A stretch of DNA of 64,000 nt. Source: Anolis carolinensis (lineage: Eukaryota). This document shows positions 13,401 through 25,400 of the stretch, one piece after another. The notes below the pieces were generated by a model. It worked only from the letters and a program-made list of their open reading frames with translations. It ran no database searches and had not been told where the DNA came from. Both the position numbers and the translations under genes were made by a program. The DNA is taken from positions 136,028,622 through 136,092,621 of the forward strand of contig NC_085844.1 of NCBI RefSeq assembly GCF_035594765.1, written 5' to 3'. Every line of letters starts with the position of its first letter. The stretch's first letter is position 1.

Positions 13401-16400
13401 AGATATGAAAAAGAACCAAAACTGGTGACTAGTCCATATCCAGTTTCTTTTCTTTTTGCTCAGTGAAAGAAAACAACAACACAAAAATAATGCTCTTTGA
13501 AGCACCCAGCAGCACCCAGCAGTCCTAAAAGGGGTTCTCCCAGGGTAACCGTCTTGGCTGAGAAGGGAGCATGGCTTCCTAGCCCATTTTTTTACTGCAT
13601 GAATATTTTTTTCAGTTGCTTTCACTTGTTAATGTGCGGTGCAAAAAAAACCTCAGCTCAGCCAGCAGGGATGGAGATGGGACATCTATTACGGGCTGTG
13701 CTTCCTTGCCACAAAAGAAAATGATTAACCATATCTCCCCCAATCATTGGATTGCTTTCCTTCTCAGCATGCAAAGACAAAACTGGGGCCATTCTCTCCC
13801 AAAGGGTTAATCTCATTGAAATACTAATGAAATTTTGATTTTAATGGGATTTACCTGCGAGTAAGTCTGCCTCCAGTTTGCAAGAGTGCATCTACTCTGT
13901 AGAATTAAAGCAATTTGGCACCACTTTAGCTGGCATGACTCAATGCTATTGAATCCTGGGAGCTGTGGTTTGGTGACATGCCAGCACACTTTGGCAGGGA
14001 AGGCTGAAGACCTTGTAAAAATAAAACTCCCATGATGTAACAAGGTTACAAATATATGTAGCCTCTTTTACATTGTTATTAAACTATAGCTCCCATCAGC
14101 AATGGCTATGGCCAGTGGAAACTCCAGCCCAACAAGATTCCTATCCTTGCTTTAGAACAGTGTGGTCCAACCTGTGGCCTGTGGACCGCATGCGGCCCAC
14201 TAATTCATTTTTGTTGGCCCTTGCCCTTCTTACTGGAAAAGATTTTAATTATGTAATTAAATATTAATATTTTAATTATGTAGTGGAGCCCCGATGGCGA
14301 AGTGTGTTAAAGCACTGAGCTGCTGAACTTGCAGACCGAAAGGTCCCAGGTTCAAACCCCGGGAGCGGCGTGAGCGGCCGCTGTTAGCTCCAGCCTCTGC
14401 CAACCTAGCAGTTCGAAAACATGTGAATGTGAGTAGATCAATTGGTACCGCTCAGGCGGGAAGATAACGGCGCTCCATGCAGTCATGCCGGCCACATGAC
14501 CTTGGAGGTGTCTACAGACAATGCCGGCTCTTCAGCTTAGAAATGGAGATGAGTACCAACCCCCAGAGTCAGACATGACTGGACTTAATGTCAGGGGAAA
14601 CCTTTACATTTACCTATTTTAATTATGTAATTCAATATTAATTATATAATTCGTTTTCTTTCTGGAATGTCTCTGGCCCTCACATTCCTATACTAAAATT
14701 TGATTGGCCCTCAGGTAACTAAAGGTTGGACCACACTGCTTTAGAGGAAGGATATTACATACATTGAGACACTCCAGCAGGAAAGTTATCTCTTTGTTGC
14801 CACATAATGAAGTGAATGTACTGTACTTGGAGATGTGTCTCCCTGGCATATCTTAAGACACAGGCAAGCTGATCTTGAGAAAGACAATCTTTTGATCATG
14901 GCTGTTTAAGCCTTTAAAGATAAGTACCCCTACTTTGAATGGGGCTTAGAAATATAGTAGGATAGTCAAGAAAACTTCTTCAGAATCTATGAAATGTGAC
15001 TCTGCTTGGCGGTAGTAGTTAAGAGTTTTGGCAGTTGTGTTGTTCATGAGCTAAATCTTCCAGATCCAATTCAACTGTAGCACCACAAGTAACAAATCAC
15101 AAAGGCCTGTTGTATTAGAATGTGCATGGAACATGTACATTACCGTGGTAGGTTTAGCCTTCTTGAATTACAACACACAGAGAACTATATGCACAGATGC
15201 TTCTTTCCCCACATGTTTAGGGCCATGCATTTTATGGATCTGATGTAACCACAGAAACAATGGTAACATGTACAGCTCCCTTCTGTGAAAATGTGCCATC
15301 ATATATTACCCTTTCGCATCTTATTACTATTCCACTACACTGTGGGGACAGATATGAAAACTGTAACAGAAATGATCATGATAGAGTCAAAAAGAAAAGC
15401 TGAATTGCAAAGAGGAACAGCTGTCTTACCTAATATGTACAATACAAGAATGAGATATTAGCAGGGAACTTAATACACAGCAATATACTGCCCAGACTTA
15501 ACTGCTTACCTCTCTCGCTAAAATGTAGCATCCTCTTTACCATCACCATTGAGACAAAACTGGCAGAGGGTCAGGAACTTCAGCGTGCTACTGTCCGGAT
15601 CTTTGAGTTCCTTGGAGGAAATGAGCAGTCTTCCACTGATCCGTGAGTATGGAGTTCTGAACAGAGGTTGGAAAAGTGAATTTTTGGATTATATTTCCTA
15701 GTTTTGTTTTTGCTAGCTAAGATGGTTGGGGAATCAAAGGTAATGCTATCCAAAAACTAATTTTTCTGAAGTCTGGGCAAATACTCATTCTCTCTTGATG
15801 TCTCAGCCTAATTAATGCTACACCTTTCATGTGTTTAGATATCCCATGTGGTTACAAGATGACTTATTCCTTGCTACTTTTTTCCCTGTCCAGCTTTTTT
15901 CCTTTTTCTTGGGCTTCATCTGCTGTGTCCCTTCTCCCTGAAGCAGGATTTCTCTCTTGGATTTTGAAGCAACTGTTGGAAGATAATACGCTTACATTTC
16001 TGCTGTTGTGCCTGACCCTGCCAGGTTGGTTATTGTCTATATGGCTGCCTTGATCTTGATAAGGGCAAAGGATCTCTCTACCTTGATTTTAGGGTATCTT
16101 GAGAACAGGGGAAGGAAAATCAATCTCACATTTACTCTTCCTTGCATATGAATTTTTGGAACCTCAAGTTCTCTCACTGAATATGAAACAACTTGTAAAT
16201 ATGAATACATTTGCACAAAATCAGCAGAAACAAAATTATCAGCTGCCTATACTAGACATATTTAAGATATAAAACTATTCTTAACTTGGAGATCAACATT
16301 TTTTCCAAATAACTGTTGGCAAATTTGAGAAATCTCTCAGAAAAAAGGAAATAGCAACTTTTTAGCCAACAGCATGATTGAATATAAAAGGATTCAGAGT

Positions 16401-19400
16401 TTTAAGACTCGAGCATATAGAGCTCTGGACTAGTATCGATTTCTCCCACCATTTGACATCTTGAGCTTTTTCATTTCTAAATATTAGGAAATATGAAAAT
16501 GTTAGCAATAAAACAAGCTAAAAAAATTGTCAACCATCATCATAACCACCACAATTTATATTTTGTGTTTCTCCCATATGGGACTCAAAGTGTGTTACGA
16601 TCGTTTCAAAAATAGCAAAAAAATATACCAAATATAAAAGTTAAAAATAAAATTAAACTATCAATATTAAAACCAATTTCAAAATATACTTATGAAAAAT
16701 CAGCAGACAAAATACAGTCCTATAAGAGAGCATCATTGTGCAAGGCCAGCCACTTGAGCAATTTTCAAATGTCTGCAAAATAAAGAAGTCTTACCATGCC
16801 AGTCTAACTATCCTTAGGAGTTCCAAAGCCTGGGAATAAACTACAGACAGGCTCATATAGGAAAATGCGGTCTTTCAGATAATCTGGACCTGAGCAGTAC
16901 AGTGTTTTAAAGATCGCAATCAACACTTTGAATTAGACTGGAAAACAAGTTACTAGCCAGTGGAATCGTTGGAACAAGAGAGTTGTGTGCTGCATGTAAT
17001 CATCTTCAGTTAACAATCTGGCTGCAGTTCTTTGGACCAGTTGATGTTTCCAAACAATCTTCAAAGACAGCCCCACATAGAGTGCATTACAGCAAGTCAG
17101 CCAGGATATAACTATGGCATTAATCACTGTGATCAGCCCCACTCTGAGAAAGATTTACTGGCTCTACTGTGAAATGTGTCTCTTTACATGGTTTTGAATG
17201 TACACTCCTACTTTGTTTAAGCTACTATGCAACAGCCCATCTGAAGAAAACACTTTGCCTGTCTCCTCCTGGAACTCTAGATGAGAAAATGGGGCCCCTT
17301 GGGGTGTCATCCAACTCTTTCATTTAGGAATTTAGCAGGAGAGTGTAAAGCATTAACAAAAATTAAACATACTAAATAAACCAAATGTAAAATGAATTAC
17401 AGTCCAAGACAGGAGGAAATCAGTTGTTCACTGGTGATGCCTACTGCCATATCCAGTGTTCTGTTTGGAGTATATTTCCTCAAATATCATGGCTTTCCTA
17501 CTGCAAAATACAACAAAATGCACAAAATACATCATGCAAACTTTTAAAATTTCACTGGCCTTTTCATCAAGCAAGCAAGAGAGTTGAAATCATACAAGAG
17601 AAGAAAAAGGCCAAAATTTTGTTTGTTGTCGTCAGTTAAGATGGTCAGGGGGTAGCCATGTAGGCAGAAGCCACTCCTCTTTTTGGCTGTCTGGGAGACA
17701 TAGAGTTATAAAATCCATGCAATAGAATTAAATTCCATTCAGACACAAAAAGTAACTTCCATTGAAACCCAGGCTCTTTCTATCCTGGTTAAGGTTACCT
17801 GTCCCTCTTCTAGACAGAGAACATTTCTGAATTTCTGAAGAAGTCTCTGTACTGTGACAGCTAGAAAAACCTTGTGGTGCGGTATAAGTAAAAACCTACC
17901 AATATAGCATCCCCAGATGAACAGTATAGAGGTTTCTTGAGAAATGTTATTGTGGCATACTATATGACAGACATGACTAACCCTAGAAAGGTTTAGTGCA
18001 TCCTCTATTTCACACAGTTTATAGTATAACAAATACCGATCATAATACTGTATTTCTTCAATTCTATGACACACTTTAGTTCCTTTAAACCTCTCTAAAA
18101 ATGGGGTACATCTTATGTATTGTTGTTGGTGATGGTGGTACTGAAATTAGAGTGTCTTACAATCAATGGCATCTTACAATTGAAGAAATGTAGTATATTA
18201 AGTGCAGGCAAGCAATACTGTTGCTCTAAGACTGGATGTTCACTATGCACAATGTTCACTAATCCTATTGTGAGGTGCAGCTGGACACATTTTTTTATTA
18301 GGAGAAATACAAATGATATATTCTTACGGGAACAAGAAGTTAGACATCTCCTTCTAGATTATTCCATGGATTAAGAAACTCAGAGATTGTACTATATTGA
18401 AGGGAATGTTTGAATCTTAGGAAAGGGTGTTGCACTCTTTTTAGATGCTCCCGGAAAAGAGATACTGTCTGCCATCTCACTGACAGAACAAGTGAGGACC
18501 GTAACAAAAAGAGTTGCACCAACCCACTGGGATCCCACTCAAGAAGCCCAGAAACGAAGAGAAGCAATAGGAGAGCTGAGAGCCCAGCTCTTCCTCAGTG
18601 ATCGGACAGAGCAGGACAGCAAGATCATTCAACTGGAAAAGGTGATAAAGGAGCTACAGGTAATATCGTTAAACATATAGCATCACCCTTTTACTATAAA
18701 TACTGAACAGTAATGCCCTAGCTGTGCAACTAATGTGCCAGAATTTTCGAGCAACTAGAGCTAAATTTGAGATATAATATTTTCGATTTATGAAATACTA
18801 TGGCTGATTAAATCTAGAATCCTGCAAATACTTAGCATAAGAATAAGTAGAGAATGATCTAATGTAGGCCCTATAGATGTGAAACATAGCCTTTCACACA
18901 GTTCATTCAGGCTACACATGGCTTCTTCCAGCTCTGTGATTCTATGTCGTGTTTGACCTCTAGCAACACTTTCTATTCAGTATCATGCTGCATTTCATAC
19001 TGCTGTCCTAGAGTTATTACTCTAGGTCAGCAGTAAAGTCCTCCTGAGTCCCCCTGGGGCAGTGGTTCCCAACCTGTGGTCCACAAGAACTAAAATACGG
19101 TATGCAGCCTCACTGTAAGGTAGTATCGATAATAACACAGCACAACCAAAAACATTTCTTCTTGGTGTCTTTGTTTTTAGGCAGGTTGCTGGAGTTATTT
19201 GAGGTGCTGATTCAGAAAATTGCATTGGATAGACCACATCAGCTCTAGATTATTAAATATGGTTTTCTGTGGGTGAGCAGATGTAGACTACTGGATGGTA
19301 TATATTCTGTATCTAATGCAATTTTCTGAATCAACACCCCAAATAACCAAACTAAATCTAGAGTTGACCAAAAACTGATTCATAACTCTTTTGGTACTAA

Positions 19401-22400
19401 TGTTGGAGAGTGGTCCCTAGTCAAAAAAAAAAAAAAAAAGGTTGGAAACCACTGCCCTGCGGAAATGGTGTGGCCTATAAATAACAACAACAACAACACT
19501 AAATGCATATTGTAAATGTACCTAGGCTTAATGATCATCAGCACATTTTCAAGTAGAAGATACTATGCATGAATCATGTACTGAATGAAGAAATGTTTCC
19601 CTTTGTTCTGACAATTAACAACATTCCATATTCTGCTTTCTAGTCTGAAGACAACTGACAAAAGTCAATTCTTTTTGCATTATTTATACCATGTAAACTG
19701 TATAATCCTTTACTGTTCTCAACAAAGTCATTTTTCTTAGACAGGTATATCTCAGAATTAAGTACAGTAGATATGTTCCCAGGCATAACTTCTTTGACAG
19801 AAAATTTAGTTTCAGAGGCAGAAACAGCATGGAAAGATTAAAGATACATTCTTACATCCTCCACAAAAGCAGTTCAACACATTTCAGCAAACTTTTAATC
19901 CCAAACTAATAAGCAGATGCAAAATAAAACAGCCAGCTCAGGTGTGCCTTGTAGAAGTTAAAAATAGGGTTTAAAAAAAAACCCTTCTATAAGTTACTTA
20001 AACATTTCACCCCAAGTGCATCCAGAAATGATTTTTTTTCCTTTCATGGGCCTCCATTTTATTGATTTTTAGTTTCAATTTATTAATTAAGATATGCTTG
20101 TATGGAAAACACTTTGATCTTTCTCCATATATGGTAGGTGTTCCAATGCCCTGTTGCTTTGGTTGATCTTTTCTGCACCTTTCCAAGTTTATAATGTCTT
20201 TTTAGAGATGGGGCATCCAGATGTGTATGATATATATATGTCAAACTATAGATTTGTATAAGATGTTAATACTGTAATTACTTTGTTTTTAAAAAATCAA
20301 ATCTCTTTCTTATTAACCCCCACCAAGTTCAAGCTAACATGACATGAAATCTGAATCTTGTTTTATTCCTGGGCTGAGAAATGAAAAATTGGATTTTAAA
20401 AATATTTTAGGTTTAAGGATGTCTCTTGAGGAGGTTGCATACAGTTATTTACTTAGCCTAAGTAATATTGATAAAATTAAAGTTCATTGGTATGTCTGCA
20501 CTGCTTTTTGTCTATTACTAAACAGAATAAAGTGACTTTTCAGTGAGGGACAGACAGAATGGTCATGGGGAACAGGGGTACATGAAAGCTACACAGAGAG
20601 TGATTATTTCCATTTGTTTTCATGCCAGCTGTTGGGGAATTATTTAGGGATAAGACAGACAAGGGGCATCTTGATAGTATATTGAGTATATTGAGTGGCG
20701 CAATGGGTTAAACCCTTGTGCCGGCTGAACTGCTGATCTGAAGGTTAGGTTGCTGATCTGAAGGTTGCCGGTTTGAATCTGACAGATGGGGTGAGCTCCC
20801 ATCTGTAAGCTCTAGCTTGCAGGGACATGAGAGATGCCTCCCAGCAACACATCCAGGCATCCCCTGGGAAATGTCTCTGTAGACGGCCAATTCTCTTACA
20901 CTGGAAGTGACTTGCAATATGTTCTCAGGTTACTTCTGACAGAATACATAATTATCTTGATGGTATTGTTAAATGTGTAGCAGCCTGTCTTGAAGCTAAT
21001 AGATTATATTGTTTTCAAGGTTCTGAAGAGTCAAAACTGGGAGAAAAAGAAGAAATCGGCAAATGAAATAAAGGAGAAAGATACTTCCTTCATAGCCAAA
21101 GTACATAAGTACCTGATCTCAATTTTTCACCCCTATTGTCTGATATGGTGGAACCAATAAACAAAAGTAGCCCTATCCATTTTTCACATCACAGTAACCA
21201 GAAACCCAAAGAGATGAAAAATAAATACAGTCTTGTTTACTCACCCTTTTCTCTCCGGCTGTTGAAGCACCCACCCTTTTCATTTGGAAAAAAACAAACT
21301 TTTCACCAGTGGATTATTTCATGTCAGTCTGAAATAAACAACATCATATGTGCGGGAATTACCTCTGCTTTCTCTTTCCTGCTCAGGGCTAGCACAGCAC
21401 TCTAGTGAGGTAAGGCGCTTCTGAGACAACTCACAGCATGTTGAAGGGAGGGAGCAAAAATCGCCTCCCATGTTGTTGTTTTAACTCATTTGAATGCATT
21501 TTGTCAGGTCCAAATCTGACAAAATGCATTCAAATTGATGATGGGGGGAAATCTGGGAATCAGCCATGGAGCCAGCAGAGACAAAATGATCCACATCAAG
21601 AGAAAGAGATAACAGGCCTGAAAACACATCTAGTACAAGAATTGGCTACTACTCACTGTTAAGGATTTTAGAAGATTCTCAAAAATAAATTCAATAAATG
21701 CAACATTCAGGTATATTTCCACACAAAGTACTGAAGGGAATCACCAATGTTGAAATCAATATGAATATGATTGTTAATTTTACTATACTTGATCTGGTAT
21801 AAATACCTTTAGTTTTTACAGACAGAGGATATAAAATATCTGGAAGGGAGATATTGGTAAGGAGATGCTGTTAGAGAAAATACATTCTAATTTTAAAATC
21901 GGGGTAGGATAGGCAAGTCAACATTTTTACCTCAACGTGTACAGTAAGAAATAGTGTCTGAAAAGTCTTTTCTTCTGCTAATTTGACAAATTTCTCTGTG
22001 GAAGGTGGCAGAAACCCAAATATCCAGTTTGGCCAAGTTGCTGACCAGGAAGAAGCTACATAAGACAAACAACTCACTATAGAAGACTATCACTCTAGAG
22101 ACCTGGTCCTGCACAGGGCCATTTCTACTTGGAAAGCCTGAAGTTTTGAAGCTTCACTTAGAATATAGTGTTGACACCTCATTCAGAAAATCTCCACATC
22201 ATTCATGACCCTCCAGATGTTTTTGCTTCTCAGTCTTATCAGCTCTATCCAGCACTGTCAGTAGTGAAGTTTCACAGAACTTGTAGCCCAAAGACATTTA
22301 GAGGACCACACCTCTTCTTTATAATATGGTTGCCATTTATTTTCTGGCAGGAATCTTGAGCCAGTTATAATGTTTTGGTGAAACCTTTTCCCATCTCGGT

Positions 22401-25400
22401 AGCAAGATATGCTTCAATTGCAAAAACGGTGCATATCAGGTAATTGTTTATTCATAGGAGAGAACCCTGGCAGGAAAACAAAAGTACCCATCTTTCATGG
22501 ACAAATATTCCCTGTGTAGCGTGGGGTGTATAAACTTAGTTTCTATTGTCTAGAGGAAGCCAAAACCCTGAAAACTGTGTGCTTGAATTTCAATACAATA
22601 GAGTCTCACTTATCCAACACTCGCTTATCCAACATTCTGGATTATCCAACGCATTTTTGGAGTCAATGTTTTCAATATATCGTGATATTTTGGTGCTAAA
22701 TTCATAAATACAGTAATTACTACATAGCATTACTGCGTATAGAACTACTTTTTCTGCCAAATTTGTTGTCTAACATGATGTTAGGCTTTTCCTTAATGCC
22801 TCCTCATTATCCAACATATTCGTTTATGTTGGATAAGTGAGACTCTACTGTAGTTTAAACTTGAACTGTCCCTCTCTGCTTCTTTCTTTCAGAGCTGGGC
22901 TAGTGAACAGGACCAAGGTATTAAGGCAAGATTTTCTCTAGCTAAAACCAAGAAGCAGAATCTTCAAAAACAACACCAAATCCTGATCCAGCAAGAGCTT
23001 TCTAGTATGGAAAAGGAGCTGGAAGGCCAAGAGAAGGTGAGAAGCTTCTTGGTTCCCCAGTGGTTTCATTGGCAATTCAGTGTTATCAACTGTCTTAGAA
23101 ATGAAATAGCATAAGAAAAACAAGATCAAGCTAAAGACAAAAGCATGCACCATGCAGGAGAGAAACTTTCCTAACCTTCAGCAATAGTAGAAACTGGAAA
23201 ACTTGGGTTCAGTTCCCACGATCCAGTAACTCTCTCACACCTTGACCTACCCCAGTGGTTCCCAATCTTTGGTCCTCCAGGTGTTTTGGACTTTAACTCC
23301 CAGAAATCCCAGCCATCTTTTAGGTGTTAGGAATTGTGGGAGCTGAAATTTAAAACACCTGGAGGATCAAAGGTTAGAAACCACAGACCTACCTCAAAGC
23401 TCTATTTCATGGATACAGTGGAGAGGAGGAGAGCAATCTTGAGCTTAGCAGAGGAAAGGCAAGATAGAGGTAAGAAGTTGGCTACCTGTAACTGGTAAGT
23501 ATTGGGATGACCATCTGTGACATTAACCAGGTGCAGACTGACCCATTAGTCAAGTTACAGAGACCTCAAAAAACAAATAAAAATATATATAATACATAAA
23601 ATTATGGATAAGCAGATTTCAAGTTTTTTATTCTTTCAAAGGGATGGAGAATGCACTGCACTTGTCCAATATGGTTCACAGAGGCTGCCGAAAATGACAA
23701 ACCCCCTAACAGGAAATATTCTGGATTTTAAAAATGGGATTTTTTTTTCTATGTTAAAACATGTGGGATTTTGTAAGAAAGAGAACCTGAAGCCTATTAA
23801 AAAGGTGAGCTGGCATTCTTGGAGATTTCTAGGGTAGGCAGTTCACCTTTGGGGAAAATGGTGGATCAGGGAACTTGGGGACCATGAAAACATTCTTTGC
23901 ACATCTCTTGTCTAATGGCATACCAGCATATCTGAATGGTCTCTTCTTCTCTTGAATTCTAGATTCCTCCATTCCAGGAAGGAGCTCTTCTCTGGCAGAA
24001 AGAAAAGCCTTTTCTAACTTTGTACATGGAGGCACTGCAAAAAGAACAGGAAGAAGCAGAAAAAGATCTGGAGAAGCTGTACCAGGAATACCAACATGAA
24101 GCAAAAGCTCAGAAACAGCACTTCCTACAGGTCAGCAATGCTGTAATTCAAAGTGATTGTCTGAAGAAAGGCTTTGACTTTGTAAGATTCACCTCAGTGG
24201 CTCACTGGCAGCCTCTCTGAGTTGTGTGATCTGAACCAACTCACTCATGAGAGGGAAATTGTCTTTTTATTTTAAAGAAATTAGTTAACTATTTTAAGGC
24301 TCAATATTTTTTGTTCATTTCTGTTTATTTTTTTAAGGTAACTATGTCCCCCTTTTTCAGTGTATGTGGGATGCAACAAGCTGTTTGTCTGTGGTTCAGA
24401 AATCATTCTCCTCCTGTCCTCAGAGGTCACAAAAAAGGATGTAACAGAGGTATAAGGAACAGCAAGAGTTAGAATTCCAAGTATTTAATATTTCCAACCC
24501 TTATCATTTTGTGATATAGGGCATTTCTTTGCTCTCTGAGTCATTCTATTCTCCTATCAAACCATTAACATTACAAATTCCTTCTATTTTTTCCTGTAAT
24601 GTGACCTCTCAACCTTCTGTTCTCAAACTAAACATAGCCAGCTTCTTAAACCATTCCTCATAGAGCTTGGTTTCTAGATGTTTTATCACCCTGCTTAATG
24701 TCTTCGAACATGTTTCAGCTTGCTAATGTACATCTTGAACTTACAAGTACAGGCAGTCCCCAAGTTACAAACATCCCACTTACAAACGACTCATCGTTAA
24801 AAACGGGTGAGACAACAGGAAGTGAGAGAAATCTACCCCTAGGGAGGGAAATTCACTCCTGCAAGAGTTATCATGCGGAAAAGGTGTCTCCACTGAAGCT
24901 TTGTCACAAATCCTTGTTTCCACAACAAGCCAAATTTTTCAAACTCTAATTATCACAGGGACAGAAAGTGTGGGAAAATGTTCAGAACAGGGGCACAGGC
25001 AGCAAAACAAACAACAAAGGAGTGTTGTTTGTTTTGCTGCCTGTGCCCGTTCTGAAGATTTCCCTATGCTATACAAAGCTGGAGTTAAACTTCAAAAATG
25101 TACATACAAATTCAACTTAAGAACAAATCTACAGAATGTATCTTGTTAATTTCTTGGAGACTGCCTATATTTCAAATATGGGAGAGGTGAGTGAGGAAGT
25201 GAAGTAAAGCCCAAGTTTATCAGCATATGGATAAGAAAGCAAAAGACAATACAAAAGAAGAGGCTTCCCTAAGCACTTGTGTTTACCTCCATTGCCCCTG
25301 ACTGGCAACACAGTTGTTTGTGCTGCACAGGGGATGTATTTTCTTTTTGGGCCTTTTCGCCTTTTCACACTATCTAGTTATAGCACTCTGATTCCCATTC

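Noticed and set aside
14285-14365. tRNA-like A/B boxes
   Set aside because: SINE head, not a functional tRNA gene.
21508-22440. Exon-like segments between pseudo-kinesin exons 12 and 13
   Set aside because: In-frame stops or incompatible phases; I could not build a consistent exon, although a missed exon cannot be excluded.
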